Shown: positions 1-9,824 of the stretch, in pieces
Numbering within the stretch: the stretch's first letter is position 1
Layout: every line of letters begins with the position of its first letter
DNA from: a bacterium
Lineage (GTDB): Bacteria > Patescibacteriota > Microgenomatia > UBA12405
Length of the DNA: 64,000 nucleotides
NCBI GenBank assembly: GCA_021817905.1
Contig: JAKAFM010000002.1
Span: 3,807-67,806 of the forward strand
Direction of reading: 5' to 3'
Translations under genes and position numbers: made by a program
Notes under the pieces: generated by a model
What the model was told of the DNA's origin: nothing
Database searches by the model: none
The model's input: the letters and a program-made list of their open reading frames with translations, nothing else

Positions 1-1
1 A

Positions 2-922
2 ACCCGAACCGATACTATTTTAGAACGATTTAATCAAGAGAATATATTTAAACACTATTACCCCTTTGCTTCTAAGGAATCTGACATCGGGATAAACCGG
101 TATTATTATCTTGCCGGAATGATGGTAGGCCATGTGGCAAGCTATTTTTCTCCCATAAATATAGGTTATGAAGTTTACCATTGGGTGAGACTATCACCCC
201 AATATATTCCCAGTTTTAGTATGTTAGGGTGGGAGGAAACTATTTTTGTAATTATAGGATTTTTTATGGTGTTACGTAAATTTAGGGATGATTATAAAAT
301 ACGAATATTAGTATATTGGATTATTGCCGGTAGTGCTCCGTCAGCAGTTACTTGGAATTGGTTTCATCCGCTACGGGCACTTAATCTTATGCCTGTTTTG
401 GGAGTATTTGCAATTATGGGGTTGGATTATATTATTGAAACTCGGTATAAAAAAATATATTTATTTTTAGTGTTGGTATGGTTAATTCCGACAGGATCGT
501 TTAGAGTTACTAATGAATTATCGTATAGTGTTTGGAAAAATCATGGTGAATATCAACCAGGTGGGTTTAAGCAGGGTGCTGCGTTGCTCGGTTCCTTAGC
601 AAATGAAGCTAAAACTGTTTATCTTGATAGTTCTCAGGCGCAAAGTTATATATTTTTTCTTTTTTATCAGTCCTATCCTCCTGTATTAATTCAAAAGTAT
701 GCTTCTGTACGACCAGCGGTTGGGGTTGAGGGCGACCTAAGTTTCAATTTTGGAAATTATGTATACCGTAAATTTGATTGGCCAGCTCAACATAATGAAG
801 AAAATGTGGTTTACTGGACTTCTCGTGAAGTAAAGGATGATGAAATTAAAAAAAGTGGTGGTATGATATTTTCAGTAGCGAACGCTGTTTCTAAAAGGGC
901 TGCAGTTATTATAAAAAAATAA
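2..922 (+). CDS. 5'-partial polytopic membrane protein, probably the C-terminal part of a GT-C-type glycosyltransferase
   Basis: The reading frame is open from position 2 with no stop upstream of the ATG at 119, so the gene continues off the window. It has several hydrophobic helices, and its C-terminal region resembles the C-terminal regions of the neighbouring PMT/ArnT-like proteins. Confidence 0.4.
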   Translation, partial: TRTDTILERFNQENIFKHYYPFASKESDIGINRYYYLAGMMVGHVASYFSPINIGYEVYHWVRLSPQYIPSFSMLGWEETIFVIIGFFMVLRKFRDDYKIRILVYWIIAGSAPSAVTWNWFHPLRALNLMPVLGVFAIMGLDYIIETRYKKIYLFLVLVWLIPTGSFRVTNELSYSVWKNHGEYQPGGFKQGAALLGSLANEAKTVYLDSSQAQSYIFFLFYQSYPPVLIQKYASVRPAVGVEGDLSFNFGNYVYRKFDWPAQHNEENVVYWTSREVKDDEIKKSGGMIFSVANAVSKRAAVIIKK

Positions 923-923
923 A

Positions 924-2714
924 ATGAAAAAAATAGTTATAGCTGTAATTGGAATTTATCTGTTATTAGCCCCATTTTCCTATCATCCTGATACAAAATT
1001 AACTTTGGTTTATCCAGCTTTGGAACATAGTTCCATTTGGAATATTTATGGGTATTTGGATAGCCATAAAACGAATCTCCCTCAATTTCATTATCCGCCG
1101 ATGCATTATTGGATGCTTAAGGCCATATATCCGCCCCTACGACTGCTTGGTGGTAGTCAGTTTGAGACGTGGCTATATTCTGGTTCGAACGAGGCGGCAG
1201 GAATAAGTGGCGTATATTGGTTTAATTTGGTTTCTAAACTTCCAGTATTGTTTTTTACATTATTATCAGGTTTAGTAATTTATCAATTGGCTTATAGTTA
1301 TTGTAAAGACTCACATAAAGCGCGGTGGGCAAGTTTGTTATGGTGGTTAAACCCTTTTACTCTGTATGCCGCAGTGATGATGGGTCAAAATGATATATTT
1401 GCCCTGTTTCCTTTTTTGCTTGGCTTGCTGATCATGCGTCGTCGGCCTATTTTAGCTGCAACCCTGTGGGGATTAGCTGCAGCAATTAAGACTGTACCGT
1501 TATTATGGATACTGGTTGTGTTTTTGGGTAGTAAAGATAAAAAGGATATAAAAACCTGGTTGTTATTGATTATTCCTTTTGTTATTTACGGTGCGACCCT
1601 CTTACCATTTGTGAATTTTGCCTATTTCAAGGAGGCAGTATTGTTTTCTGGGCTGGCAACCCGAATGTTTGATGCTAGAATTGACATAGGATTTGGTGAT
1701 GGGGTTATGATTGCGCCACTTTTATTGATGGTGATAGGGTTGATAGCCCATAAATTTTCCTTATCTAAGGATCTAAAGGGAATTTCTATATTATTAGTAG
1801 CTACTAATTTGGCAATATTGGGCTGGAGTCATTTTAATCCCCAGTGGTTTTTGTGGTTGATTCCGTTTGGAAGCATTTTGTTGGCATTGACAGAGGAGTC
1901 GATGATAGTATGGCTAGGAATGTTAGTAAGCTGGGTAATAGTTATTCTAACTTTTGAAGATGTTTTTCTGTATTGGGGTATTTTTTCTCCACTAAATCCT
2001 AATTTATTAAATCTACCCTTTATCCCTGTGTTTCTAAAGTCTAAAGGTTTTGATGCTGCTTTGCTGCGTGATTCAGCACAGACTTTTATGGCTTGTCTGT
2101 CTTTATTTTTTATTTATCGTTTGACAAGTATTCCGGCCGATACTAAAAAAAATATGGTGTATCTTAACCTTAAAAAACTATGGTTAGTGGCACTTGCTAT
2201 TTGGTTAGTAGTAATGGTGGGAATTAATTTGATGCCAGGAATAAAAGTTGTTGGTAAGTATTCGCAACCATGGGAAGTTAAGGATATAAACCAATCAACT
2301 TATTCGACATCAGTGATGGTTGAAGGATCACTTTCTTATATTGATTTATTAGTAAAAAATCCAAATCTAGAAAGTAAGGCTCCCTTTACGGTAGCACTAT
2401 TTAATGAACGAGGTAATAAATTATTATCTCGTGATTATAGTGGTTACAATGTAGGTGATCCGACAGATTTGCGCGTTGATCTTAAAAATTTACCATTACT
2501 TAGCGGTCATATTTATACTATTACCCTTAGCTCTACGGTTGAACATACGGGGATGTATATTGGATTAAATAAACAACATGAATTGTTTACGCGCGAGTAT
2601 TATCGTTATCGTCCAGGAATAAAGGAGGGGTTGGCGAGTGTGGTTTCGTTGGTTATCACCCAGTGGTGGTGGCTAGCGATAATAGTAGTTATTAGCGTAG
2701 TACTGTTTTTATGA
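924..2714 (+). CDS. GT-C fold membrane glycosyltransferase (DUF2029/GT87-like, PIG-M-like motif WWxNP...MMGQxD)
   Basis: 596 aa with ~10 predicted TM helices and a C-terminal soluble domain. The motif WWLNPFTLYAAVMMGQNDIF is shared with the paralog at 18336-19511. The start is 1 nt after the previous stop. Confidence 0.5.
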   Translation: MKKIVIAVIGIYLLLAPFSYHPDTKLTLVYPALEHSSIWNIYGYLDSHKTNLPQFHYPPMHYWMLKAIYPPLRLLGGSQFETWLYSGSNEAAGISGVYWFNLVSKLPVLFFTLLSGLVIYQLAYSYCKDSHKARWASLLWWLNPFTLYAAVMMGQNDIFALFPFLLGLLIMRRRPILAATLWGLAAAIKTVPLLWILVVFLGSKDKKDIKTWLLLIIPFVIYGATLLPFVNFAYFKEAVLFSGLATRMFDARIDIGFGDGVMIAPLLLMVIGLIAHKFSLSKDLKGISILLVATNLAILGWSHFNPQWFLWLIPFGSILLALTEESMIVWLGMLVSWVIVILTFEDVFLYWGIFSPLNPNLLNLPFIPVFLKSKGFDAALLRDSAQTFMACLSLFFIYRLTSIPADTKKNMVYLNLKKLWLVALAIWLVVMVGINLMPGIKVVGKYSQPWEVKDINQSTYSTSVMVEGSLSYIDLLVKNPNLESKAPFTVALFNERGNKLLSRDYSGYNVGDPTDLRVDLKNLPLLSGHIYTITLSSTVEHTGMYIGLNKQHELFTREYYRYRPGIKEGLASVVSLVITQWWWLAIIVVISVVLFL

Positions 2715-4372
2715 AAAAATGGCTTCTTTATGGAGCGTTAATTGTCATTGTTTTAACGGCTTTGTTTTTAAGGGTATACCGACTCAATTATTTGGAACTT
2801 TTTGGAGATGAGCTTGATGCGGGATATCAAGCTTATTCATTATTAACGACTGGACGTGACTATAAGGGCCATTATTTACCGTTATACATAGAGAGCTTTT
2901 CTGAATGGAGGGCTCCTTTGCTCATGTATGTAATGGTGCCTTTTATTAAAATATTTGGTCTTAATGAATGGGGAGTGAGATTGACAAGTGCCTTTTTTGG
3001 ATTAGTTAGTATTTTTGTTTTTTGGAGATTATTGCGATTTGGGAAGGAGTCCTTGGTTGTGTTATTAGGAGGCTTTTTGTTTTTGGCAATCAGTCCTTGG
3101 CATGTTCAATACAGCAGGGCAGGATTTGAATTGACGTTACTATCAAGCTTGCTTCTTTTGGGAGTATTGTGGTTTTGGCAGGGACTTGAAGGTAGTAAAA
3201 TTAAAATGATTGGAGGAGCATTTTCTTTTGGGTTAAGCTTGTATGCCTATAGTACGGCAAATGTTTATATTATTTTGCTTGTTGCTTTGGTTGTTGGTAT
3301 TGAGTTTGCTCGATTAAGAGTTAATTTTAAATTTTTAACGGTTTCTTTGGTGCTATTAATAGTGGTGGCTTTGCCGATCATTAGTCAGGTGCTTAGCGGT
3401 CATGGAGCTGATCGTTTTCGTTTATTTTCAGTATTTCAAAATGATGTTTTGATTGGACAAGTAAATGATTATCGTAAAATCGATAGTAGTTTTTTGGGTA
3501 AGATTTTTATCAATCATATAACCATAGTTGGTAAAAAAATTATGGGGAATTACGCAAATGCTTTTGGATATAGTTTTTTGTTGGGTGAAGGTGATGTGAC
3601 CTTTAGACATTCACTCCATTTTGTAGGAATGATATATTGGGTTCAGGCTTTTTTGGTACTTATCGGACTTATTTATTTTTTTGGGAAAAGAAACAAGTCT
3701 AAGAGTGAAATACTATGGTTAGGATTTTTGCTGTTGTCTCCGATTCCTTCGAGTTTAACTATTGATGGAGCAAACCATGCTTCACGTTTATTTTTAATGG
3801 TTTTTCCTTTGGCATATTGGGCCGGGGTTGGCATTAAGGCAGTTTGGCTAAGTAAATTATGGTATAAAACCTGGTTACTAACGATTTTGGGTTTATTATT
3901 ATTATTGTTTGAATTTGGCTTTTATCAGAATTACTATTGGAAACATTATCAACGAGAGTCATGGCGCTGGTGGCAGTATGGGTATAAGGAAGTTATGTCT
4001 GATGTGGACGCACTGGGTTCTAGCTTTACTAAAATATATATAGAAAATACATATGAACCGGCCTTAATTCGATATTTATTTTGGAATGCTTATGATTCAC
4101 ATTTGGTATATCATCTTGATGATGAAATGAAATTGTTGGAAGGAAATTGGCATTACTTTTCGCTTAACAAAAAGATTCGTTTTGTTGATTATGGACCAAA
4201 TTTAGATCAGAAAGAGATGCAATCTAATTCATTATATATTGTTTCACAGTCTCGTAACGTGCCTGGCGATTGGAATTGGGGTATTAATCCGCCTTCGGGA
4301 ATTAAAGTTCTTAAAACGATTTATAATCCTTGGAACCAGCCTATTTTTTATTTGGTAACTAAAAATAGCTGA
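2711..4372 (+). CDS. ArnT/PMT-like (GT39/GT83) GT-C glycosyltransferase
   Basis: The N-terminal motif RVYRLNYLELFGDELDAGYQAY is a DE-type first-loop motif typical of polyprenyl-phosphate-sugar-dependent GT-C enzymes. The protein is polytopic with a C-terminal soluble domain. The ATGA overlap with the upstream gene uses TGA as a stop. Confidence 0.55.
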   Translation: MKKWLLYGALIVIVLTALFLRVYRLNYLELFGDELDAGYQAYSLLTTGRDYKGHYLPLYIESFSEWRAPLLMYVMVPFIKIFGLNEWGVRLTSAFFGLVSIFVFWRLLRFGKESLVVLLGGFLFLAISPWHVQYSRAGFELTLLSSLLLLGVLWFWQGLEGSKIKMIGGAFSFGLSLYAYSTANVYIILLVALVVGIEFARLRVNFKFLTVSLVLLIVVALPIISQVLSGHGADRFRLFSVFQNDVLIGQVNDYRKIDSSFLGKIFINHITIVGKKIMGNYANAFGYSFLLGEGDVTFRHSLHFVGMIYWVQAFLVLIGLIYFFGKRNKSKSEILWLGFLLLSPIPSSLTIDGANHASRLFLMVFPLAYWAGVGIKAVWLSKLWYKTWLLTILGLLLLLFEFGFYQNYYWKHYQRESWRWWQYGYKEVMSDVDALGSSFTKIYIENTYEPALIRYLFWNAYDSHLVYHLDDEMKLLEGNWHYFSLNKKIRFVDYGPNLDQKEMQSNSLYIVSQSRNVPGDWNWGINPPSGIKVLKTIYNPWNQPIFYLVTKNS

Positions 4373-4379
4373 AGGTTGC

Positions 4380-5180
4380 TTAATGTTTAGGTATTTTTTG
4401 ACCTAGCCATAGTACGGCTGTTAAAAGTAGATGCTTAAAATAACCATGGTAGATAATGCTACTGGGAATTAACCGTTTCCATTGATTATTTGAATTGGTA
4501 ATATTTTTGCCACTTTGGCCATGGTAATGGATTATTCTTGATTGTGGAAAATAATATACTAATAGTCCCCTTTTTTGAATGGTACGACATAGATCGAGAT
4601 CTTCATAATAGAAAAAATATCGTTCGTTCCAACCACCGACAGCCTCAAAGATTTCCTTTTTAATCATTGCTGCACCACCTGAAATAGCATTGACCATTTG
4701 TGGAGTTTTCCCGAGAGGAACATATTTAGAAAATTTATGTTTACGTTTTAGCCAAAATTCTAAAAACGCTCCCGTAATAGTTTGTTTAGGAAAAACTGAT
4801 GCTTGGATAGAAAGATCACTATTGAGAAGCTGTGGACCAATTATTCCTATTTTATCATTGCTTTCCAGGTACTTTTTCATTTCAATAATACTATTATCGA
4901 TAAGTTTCATATCAGAATTTAGAAAAAGATAAATATCACCTTTGGCAGCTTTTGCACCAATATTATTTGCTTTTGAGAACCCTAGATTCTCTGAGTTCTT
5001 AATATAAGTAAGGACTTTTGAGCTTAGTAAATCTTTCGTATTGTCGGTGGAATTATTGTCTACGATTATAATTTCATAATCCTGATTTTTAAGATGTTTA
5101 TTAATACTATTAACACATTGAAGTGTGATTTCGGCGGTATTCCAAGTGACAATAATTATGGAAATTAAATTATTTTTCAT
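4380..5180 (-). CDS. Family 2 glycosyltransferase
   Basis: IIIVTWNTAE...IIIVDNNSTDNT and a DxD-like motif give a GT-A fold. Confidence 0.8.
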   Translation of the reverse strand: MKNNLISIIIVTWNTAEITLQCVNSINKHLKNQDYEIIIVDNNSTDNTKDLLSSKVLTYIKNSENLGFSKANNIGAKAAKGDIYLFLNSDMKLIDNSIIEMKKYLESNDKIGIIGPQLLNSDLSIQASVFPKQTITGAFLEFWLKRKHKFSKYVPLGKTPQMVNAISGGAAMIKKEIFEAVGGWNERYFFYYEDLDLCRTIQKRGLLVYYFPQSRIIHYHGQSGKNITNSNNQWKRLIPSSIIYHGYFKHLLLTAVLWLGQKIPKH

Positions 5181-6066
5181 GATTGGAAAATAAGTCTAAA
5201 ATCTGACGGTCGGTGCGGACTGGAAAGACGATTGGAGGTGGATTTTGGTTACATTGACGTTTGGCAGCCCGAATAATTTTTATATAATTGGGTCCAAATA
5301 TAACTCTTAAAATAATTGCCAGTCGATTCTTGTTAAGAAGTTCTTTGTCTGTGATATTTCGCCAAACTGTAAGTAATCGGTTTCTTTCTTTAACATATTC
5401 GACGAACCGTCGCGGAAATTTAGAAATAGTGGCTTCATGTTTGTGATCGACGATGGCTTGAGGATCCCAAAGAAGCGTGTAACCTGATTTCCAGGCTCGA
5501 TACCCAAGATCTAGGTCTTCTGAGTAAAAAGGTGCATAAATATTATCAAAACCTCCCAAACGAATAAATTCTGATTTACGGACAATTGAACTTCCCCCCG
5601 AGATCCAGGCACTTATATGGAGTTTAGTAGTGTCGATACCTGGTTCGTGTTGCAGATAACCCTCTTTCCAAAATATTCTAGCCCAATTTTCTCGACCGTA
5701 TTCTGAAAATCCAACACCAAATACTTTAGGATCCTGGAAATGTTTGGTTATATGTTTTAAATAGTTCGGATGGGGATAAATATCGCTATTTAATAATACA
5801 ACAAGGTCACCTTTGGCTTTTTTGATGGCAAAATTTGAATTTCTAGTAAAACCCTGATTATGAACATGGGAAATTAATTTTAGTTGTGGGTATGTTTTCT
5901 GAAGTACTTTTATGGTTTGAAGACTCTTATCTGAAGAGGCATCATCAGCAATAATTATTTCAATTGCTTCGGGACTATTATTAATAATAATCGGTAAGCT
6001 TTTTTTAATTAATTTATTACCATTCCAGTTGGTAACTATAACAGAAATTGTTAACTGTTTATTCAT
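5170..6066 (-). CDS. Family 2 glycosyltransferase
   Basis: ISVIVTNWNG...IIIADDASSDKS is a GT2 signature. Confidence 0.8.
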   Translation of the reverse strand: MNKQLTISVIVTNWNGNKLIKKSLPIIINNSPEAIEIIIADDASSDKSLQTIKVLQKTYPQLKLISHVHNQGFTRNSNFAIKKAKGDLVVLLNSDIYPHPNYLKHITKHFQDPKVFGVGFSEYGRENWARIFWKEGYLQHEPGIDTTKLHISAWISGGSSIVRKSEFIRLGGFDNIYAPFYSEDLDLGYRAWKSGYTLLWDPQAIVDHKHEATISKFPRRFVEYVKERNRLLTVWRNITDKELLNKNRLAIILRVIFGPNYIKIIRAAKRQCNQNPPPIVFPVRTDRQILDLFSNHEK

Positions 6067-7207
6067 TGATTATTTCTAATAAATATTTCTCGAATTGGGA
6101 TTTAGAGAATTGGTCAACTGAATTGATTGCATTGTTAGAAAGCTCCTGCCATTTGTTAGTGTTGGCAGAAAGTAATTGAGTTTTGGCGATTAGTTGGTCG
6201 GTTGTTTCCCAGAGATAGCCATTTTTATTATCGATAACAATTTCAGGTAGTCCACCGTTGTTGACAACTATTGGTACACATCCTGCAGCCATGGCTTCAA
6301 CTACGCTTATTCCAAAATGCTCTGTTGATTCGGGATGTATTTTTGGATTGACATTATAACCGGCTGCGTGCCAATATATTTTTGACCGTTGATAGAGGTT
6401 AACTAGTTTAGTAAAAGATGGGTTAACTACTATTTCAATTGGAAGATTTTTAGCTAAATATTTGAGGTGTTTGAGGTAATTATTTTCTTCAGGATTTAGG
6501 CTGCCACCCGCAAGAATTAATTTCCACTGTCCTTTATTTTGTTCATTAAATTTTCTAAAGGCGTCAACAAGAACATCCTGTTTTTTGGCATTGAGAACGT
6601 TGTCAAATCTTCCTACAGAAATAATTTTGTTTTCTTTTTTGGTCTTTCCTTTAAAACTATCGACATCAACTGGTGGGTAAACGACATTTATACTTGTTGG
6701 TATTGTTTTATAAAATAAACTGGTAAATTTTGAATTACATATCAGAGAATTAATGTTTCTATATTTAATTCTGTCAGTTAATGAAGTCTTGGTAATAAAC
6801 GGGACTTGCATATGAAGAATATTTTTTTTGGAAAATAGAAGGGGAACGCTGCCGTCGCTTACGTAGAATAGAAGATCATACTGGCTAGTAATTTTTTTCT
6901 TATATAAAAGAGTGTTAATTTTCGCAAATAATGTTTGTTTAATTCTATCTTTTGAGTGTAAAGCGTTGCTTTTAGGTTTTTCAATATGAGCCTCAGGTTG
7001 AAGAAATATATCTGGCTGGATAGATAGTTTGTCCAATTTTAGATGAAAACGGTTGGCGGCTTTTTCTATAAATTCGTGACTACCCGACCAAAAAAGATCT
7101 ACTTGCCAACCATTTTTTATAAGTACCTCTGCAACCGTTAGACAGTAGCGTTCGCCACCTCCGAGGGTATCAAGATATGGATCATAAATACCAGCTTTTT
7201 TATTCAT
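6059..7207 (-). CDS. Family 4 (GT-B) glycosyltransferase
   Basis: The N-terminal GGGERY and the C-terminal EHFGISVVEAMAAGCVPIV (the EX7E region) are GT4 motifs. The tracked ORF starts at 7294 and overlaps the upstream GT2 by 95 nt. The internal ATG at 7207 (MNKKAGIYDP...) gives only an 8-nt overlap and is preferred. Confidence 0.75.
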   Translation of the reverse strand: MNKKAGIYDPYLDTLGGGERYCLTVAEVLIKNGWQVDLFWSGSHEFIEKAANRFHLKLDKLSIQPDIFLQPEAHIEKPKSNALHSKDRIKQTLFAKINTLLYKKKITSQYDLLFYVSDGSVPLLFSKKNILHMQVPFITKTSLTDRIKYRNINSLICNSKFTSLFYKTIPTSINVVYPPVDVDSFKGKTKKENKIISVGRFDNVLNAKKQDVLVDAFRKFNEQNKGQWKLILAGGSLNPEENNYLKHLKYLAKNLPIEIVVNPSFTKLVNLYQRSKIYWHAAGYNVNPKIHPESTEHFGISVVEAMAAGCVPIVVNNGGLPEIVIDNKNGYLWETTDQLIAKTQLLSANTNKWQELSNNAINSVDQFSKSQFEKYLLEIINE

Positions 7208-7979
7208 GGGTTTGTTGGAGTTCCCATAAGCGGGCGTAAATAATAAAGGTATCAAAAGATTCATAAACTGCTGAAATCCATCCCACTGTGCCATCCCGCC
7301 ACATTTGTTGGAACAACAAACGTTGCATGAATTTAGTAAGCATCATTCGAATAAAGCGCCACCAAACCACTGGAGGATGGTTATTCTTATAGAGTGCCTG
7401 AGCTTCCATATCTGTCCAGATAAGTGATTTTTGAACCATCGAATAAAGATTTCGGTGGGTGTAGTGTAGTAGCGGATATTTAGCGTAAGCCATTTCTCCA
7501 CTTACTTCCGGTTCTTCATGTAGTATTCCAGTCCACTCGTTTAATCGAGATCGTAAAAAGAGGCGTTTAACGTAATCTGGGTAACTTCCACCATACCTTA
7601 CCCGCTTTCCCAAATAATAGTTATTTCTTGGAATCGCATAATAGCTTTTGTCGGAATTTTTAGTAATGGTATAGAGTTCTTCTTTAAGCTCAGTGGTAAT
7701 ACGTTCATCGGCATCAAGATAGAATATCCAGTCGGTAGTGGCTGCTTTTAAGCCAATATTGTGCCATTTTGCATAATTTCGGCCGTACTCGTCTTGAGTA
7801 TTTATAATTTTTATAGAGGGATTAATGCTTAAGGCATTCTTTACAGTATTGTCGGTGGAGTTAGCTGCTACTAAAATTATTTGCTTTGAAAATGCGGCTG
7901 ACTTTAGACAATCAATGATCATCTCCGATTCATTGCCAGCAATAATGATAATGGTTATGTCCAACTTCCCTTGCCCCAT
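7200..7979 (-). CDS. Family 2 glycosyltransferase
   Basis: ITIIIIAGNESEMI...LVAANSTDNT and YLDADE (DxD) are GT2 motifs. Confidence 0.75.
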   Translation of the reverse strand: MGQGKLDITIIIIAGNESEMIIDCLKSAAFSKQIILVAANSTDNTVKNALSINPSIKIINTQDEYGRNYAKWHNIGLKAATTDWIFYLDADERITTELKEELYTITKNSDKSYYAIPRNNYYLGKRVRYGGSYPDYVKRLFLRSRLNEWTGILHEEPEVSGEMAYAKYPLLHYTHRNLYSMVQKSLIWTDMEAQALYKNNHPPVVWWRFIRMMLTKFMQRLLFQQMWRDGTVGWISAVYESFDTFIIYARLWELQQTHE

Positions 7980-8875
7980 TTATGTGTTAAAAAATCTATA
8001 ATTGCTTGTTTTTCCCACTTTGGCGAACTAAACAATTGATGAAGCATTTGCCTTGATAAGGCAAATTTTGTTCGAAGTCCGGCGTATCTAAAACCAAAAA
8101 GTAAACGATTACGGGTTATAAAATATTCCTGAAGTGACGATGCGGCTGAAGAAGATCCTGAGTTAATGTGCCAAATAATTGATTTGGGAATGTATTTTAA
8201 TTTAAGCCCAAGACGTTTTACTTTTTGGCAGAAATCAACATCTTCAAAGTACATAAAAAGTTTGTTATCAAAAAGTCCGACTTTTTTTAAAACATCCTTT
8301 GTAGTTAGAAAACAGCATCCACTTATAAAGTCAAGATTTTCATATGATTGCTCATATTGGCCAATATCAACCTCATCAATACCCCGATTTGACCCATAGA
8401 TGTTATTCCAGTCAATTATACCTCCAACAGACCAGATTACTTTTCCTAATTCATCTTTTTTGTATCGGGAATGATGATATTCATGGCCGGGAGCAAAATA
8501 AATTTTTGGTCCAACAACTCCAATATCACTATGGTTAATCAATTCGTTAACCAAAATGGTTAAGAAGTTTGGCTTAACGATGATGTCGTTATTTGCGCAG
8601 AGAAAGTAATCGTATTTATTGTCGAGGGCAATTTTAAGTCCATAATTATTTCCACCGACATAGCCTAAATTTGAACCAGTATGATAAATGGAAATGTTTT
8701 TATCGTTTTTAAGTTTGGTTGTAAACTCTTCAATTGAGTTGTCAGTGGAACCGTTGTCGATTAAAAAGATGTGATAATTAAAATTTGGGTGAGTTATCTT
8801 GCTAATGGAATTAATAGTGTCGAGCGTTAGCTTAGGCTGGTTCCAGTTTACGATGATAATAGCGACTTTGACCAT
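7955..8875 (-). CDS. Family 2 glycosyltransferase
   Basis: VAIIIVNWNQ...FLIDNGSTDNS is a GT2 signature. Confidence 0.8.
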   Translation of the reverse strand: MVKVAIIIVNWNQPKLTLDTINSISKITHPNFNYHIFLIDNGSTDNSIEEFTTKLKNDKNISIYHTGSNLGYVGGNNYGLKIALDNKYDYFLCANNDIIVKPNFLTILVNELINHSDIGVVGPKIYFAPGHEYHHSRYKKDELGKVIWSVGGIIDWNNIYGSNRGIDEVDIGQYEQSYENLDFISGCCFLTTKDVLKKVGLFDNKLFMYFEDVDFCQKVKRLGLKLKYIPKSIIWHINSGSSSAASSLQEYFITRNRLLFGFRYAGLRTKFALSRQMLHQLFSSPKWEKQAIIDFLTHKWGKGSWT

Positions 8876-8876
8876 A

Positions 8877-9812
8877 TTAAAAATTTTTAGTCAAACGATC
8901 AAAACGATGACGAATTGAGACAAATATTTTTTTAACAAAGTTACCAGTGTATTCTTTACTGAAATACCGTGTAAACCAGTAACTATATTCGTATACTGTC
9001 TCTTGACTAGCGGAAACAAATGATTCTTTAGGAAGTGGTTTATCTTGAAATCCTTGCTTTTCCCAAATTTTTAGATAAATTAATTCAATTGAAATTGATT
9101 GAAGAATAGAGAATAAAAGGCCGTGTAAGCCGTCTTTATAACCTTCTGAGGCAAAAAAACGGCTATTAAATTCTTGTACGGGTCTCAGTAAAAAATCACT
9201 TGTTTTTAATTTATAGTCCAGGGCAATTTGTTCATCAGCTTTTACAGAGGCATATCGGAGAGCTTTGTAGATAAAACTATTGATTGAATTGTAGTTATAG
9301 TGCCTGATGGCTAGCTTTTCCGAATCTAGTAAGTTGATACCATTTCCATTGACCTCTGGTTGACTGTGTACTTCTTTAAGCCATTTTACATGACCCTTTT
9401 TAAAAAATCGTATTAAGTAATCAGGCCAGGAGTTAGAATGTCTAATCCATTTATTAAAAATAATGTTTTTTCTCGGAATTTTTACATAATCAACGTCAGT
9501 CCGGTAAGTTATTTTTTTTAGTTCTTGCTTTAAACTAGTGGGTAGAATTTCATCAGGATCTAATAGAATTATCCATTTTCCGGTAGCTTTGCTGATTCCG
9601 AAATTGCGTGCTGGCTCGACAACTTTCATCCATTTATAAGGATAGATTTTTGCACCATATTTGTCGGCTATTTTTTGGCTGTCATCTGAAGAGTGCATAT
9701 CAACAACAATAATTTCATCGGCAAAACCTTTAAGGGAGTGTAAGCATTTTTTGAGACTTTCTGATTCGTTTCGAGTATTAATGACAGCAGAGATTTCGAT
9801 TGAACTTGACAT
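8877..9812 (-). CDS. Family 2 glycosyltransferase
   Basis: ISAVINTRNESESL...IIVVDMHSSDDS and LLDPDE are GT2 motifs. Confidence 0.75.
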   Translation of the reverse strand: MSSSIEISAVINTRNESESLKKCLHSLKGFADEIIVVDMHSSDDSQKIADKYGAKIYPYKWMKVVEPARNFGISKATGKWIILLDPDEILPTSLKQELKKITYRTDVDYVKIPRKNIIFNKWIRHSNSWPDYLIRFFKKGHVKWLKEVHSQPEVNGNGINLLDSEKLAIRHYNYNSINSFIYKALRYASVKADEQIALDYKLKTSDFLLRPVQEFNSRFFASEGYKDGLHGLLFSILQSISIELIYLKIWEKQGFQDKPLPKESFVSASQETVYEYSYWFTRYFSKEYTGNFVKKIFVSIRHRFDRLTKNF

Positions 9813-9824
9813 AGCTATAGTTTA

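Noticed and set aside
3428-3610. Numerous 60-117-aa ORFs nested antisense or out-of-frame inside long well-supported genes. Examples are 3428-3610, 4690-4932, 8166-8538, 15399-15725, 19560-19772, 25757-26355, 32293-33256, 37830-38121, 45484-45956, 47007-47300, 51696-52002, 53926-54395, 57027-57209 and 61818-62012.
   Set aside because: They lie entirely within, and mostly antisense to, confidently identified genes such as GT-C genes, secA, lysS, uvrA, comM and prfB. Their composition is low-complexity and typical of AT-rich antisense frames, and none has a motif. They are treated as spurious.
6059-7294. A 95-nt overlap between the GT4 gene and the upstream GT2 gene as tracked.
   Set aside because: The internal ATG at 7207 (MNKKAG...) precedes the conserved GGGERY motif and reduces the overlap to 8 nt. 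The long N-terminal extension is probably not translated.
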